Shown here: positions 17,912-18,653 of the stretch, piece after piece | Layout: each line of letters starts with the position of its first letter | Numbering within the stretch: position 1 is the stretch's first letter | DNA from: an uncultured Thermococci archaeon | GTDB taxonomy: Archaea > Methanobacteriota_B > Thermococci > Thermococcales > Thermococcaceae | DNA: 18,653 nt | Assembly: GCA_964615185.1 (NCBI GenBank) | Contig: CAZTOS010000010.1 | Location: 25,283 to 43,935, forward strand | Direction: 5' to 3' | Position numbers and translations under genes: made by a program | The notes under the pieces: generated by a model | Databases searched by the model: none | Told to the model about the DNA's origin: nothing | The model's input: only the letters and a program-made list of their open reading frames with translations

Positions 17912-18653
17912 TCATTTTTTACTTTGAGCAAGCTCTTTTATCGTTTCATAAGTCTCAAACTCTGGAGCAAGAGCATCATAAACTTTAAATTTTCCAAAAG
18001 AAAGAACTTTGGCATTTGTTCCCATCCAACCTCCATGCAAAGGATAAACAAAAGTTATTGGAAGTTTAAATTCCTCTCTTTTTCGAGAGAAGAAACTATC
18101 TGCCATCTCCAAGAATTTTGCTTGCTCGGTTTTATTTAAATATTGGGAGAAAATGCCTAGGGGTTGATCCTGCCATCTAACTGCCGCTTCATCCATAAAA
18201 ACCAAAATAAGAGTATCATTGCCCAGATATTTTTTAACCTTGGCAAAAAATATATCCCACCTTTTCTCGGACAGATTTTTGTTTTTAACCTCTTCCTCCC
18301 AAATCATATTCACAACAAAATCGAAATCCGGCATGGGATATGCTGGATTGCCCTTGCTATCTTTTATCTCAAGGAAATTCGTCCACCCGCCAACATAAAC
18401 ATATTTTCCTTTCTCCTTCGCATATTTATGGATTTCATCTATTTGCTTTAAAGCCGCTTCATAAGCTTCTTTAACTGCTGGATGATAAGGATCTTTTGTT
18501 AATTCATAAAACATTCTTGCCTGGGCAAAGAGCATATCTATCCAGATAGCATCTGCTCCAGAATCTATCATTTTCTTTGCCCAAGAAAGTTGCAATTTTT
18601 GAAATTCTGGATTTGTGATATCTGGATAGTAAGCATAAGCTTCTCTCCAGTTG
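17912..18653 (-). CDS. Hypothetical protein, 5'-truncated by the window edge; possible glycoside-hydrolase-like TIM barrel
   Basis: The frame is open to the window end (NWREAYAYYPDITNPEFQKLQLSWAKKMIDSGADAIWIDML). The PD..NP...W......G.D.IW.D pattern resembles GH TIM-barrel strands. Confidence 0.6.
   Translation of the reverse strand, partial: NWREAYAYYPDITNPEFQKLQLSWAKKMIDSGADAIWIDMLFAQARMFYELTKDPYHPAVKEAYEAALKQIDEIHKYAKEKGKYVYVGGWTNFLEIKDSKGNPAYPMPDFDFVVNMIWEEEVKNKNLSEKRWDIFFAKVKKYLGNDTLILVFMDEAAVRWQDQPLGIFSQYLNKTEQAKFLEMADSFFSRKREEFKLPITFVYPLHGGWMGTNAKVLSFGKFKVYDALAPEFETYETIKELAQSKK

Noticed and set aside
1..18653. CRISPR array, tRNA, rRNA, transposase or integrase
   Set aside because: No spaced direct repeats, cloverleaf or recombinase/transposase motifs were seen. 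The remaining short ORFs in the track overlap established genes, mostly antisense.

Overview
Thermococcales (probably Thermococcus) chromosomal window. In order: (1) the 3' part of a PIN-domain (DUF3368-like) gene overlapping polB. (2) Family B DNA polymerase (421-6618) with three full-length LAGLIDADG inteins of 362, 538 and 389 aa, giving a mature enzyme of about 776 aa. (3) A convergent HhH-GPD-like DNA glycosylase gene split by one in-frame TGA, whose Cys-cluster C-terminus is missed by the ORF track. (4) A vapBC pair with a likely operator. (5) A minus-strand unit of an unannotated box C/D sRNA, a DUF2391 membrane protein, a DUF3226/TOPRIM-like protein and a HAD hydrolase. (6) An S-layer-like protein, a decayed DUF998 gene, an MFS transporter and the RecJ-like nuclease HAN. 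(7) Two co-oriented accessory genes, each followed by a related, hairpin-rich spacer resembling a degenerate attC-type cassette site, with no integrase in the window. The candidate cassette array, the TGA-interrupted glycosylase and the sRNA leading an operon are the most interesting points. Family names come from motif recognition, not database searches.
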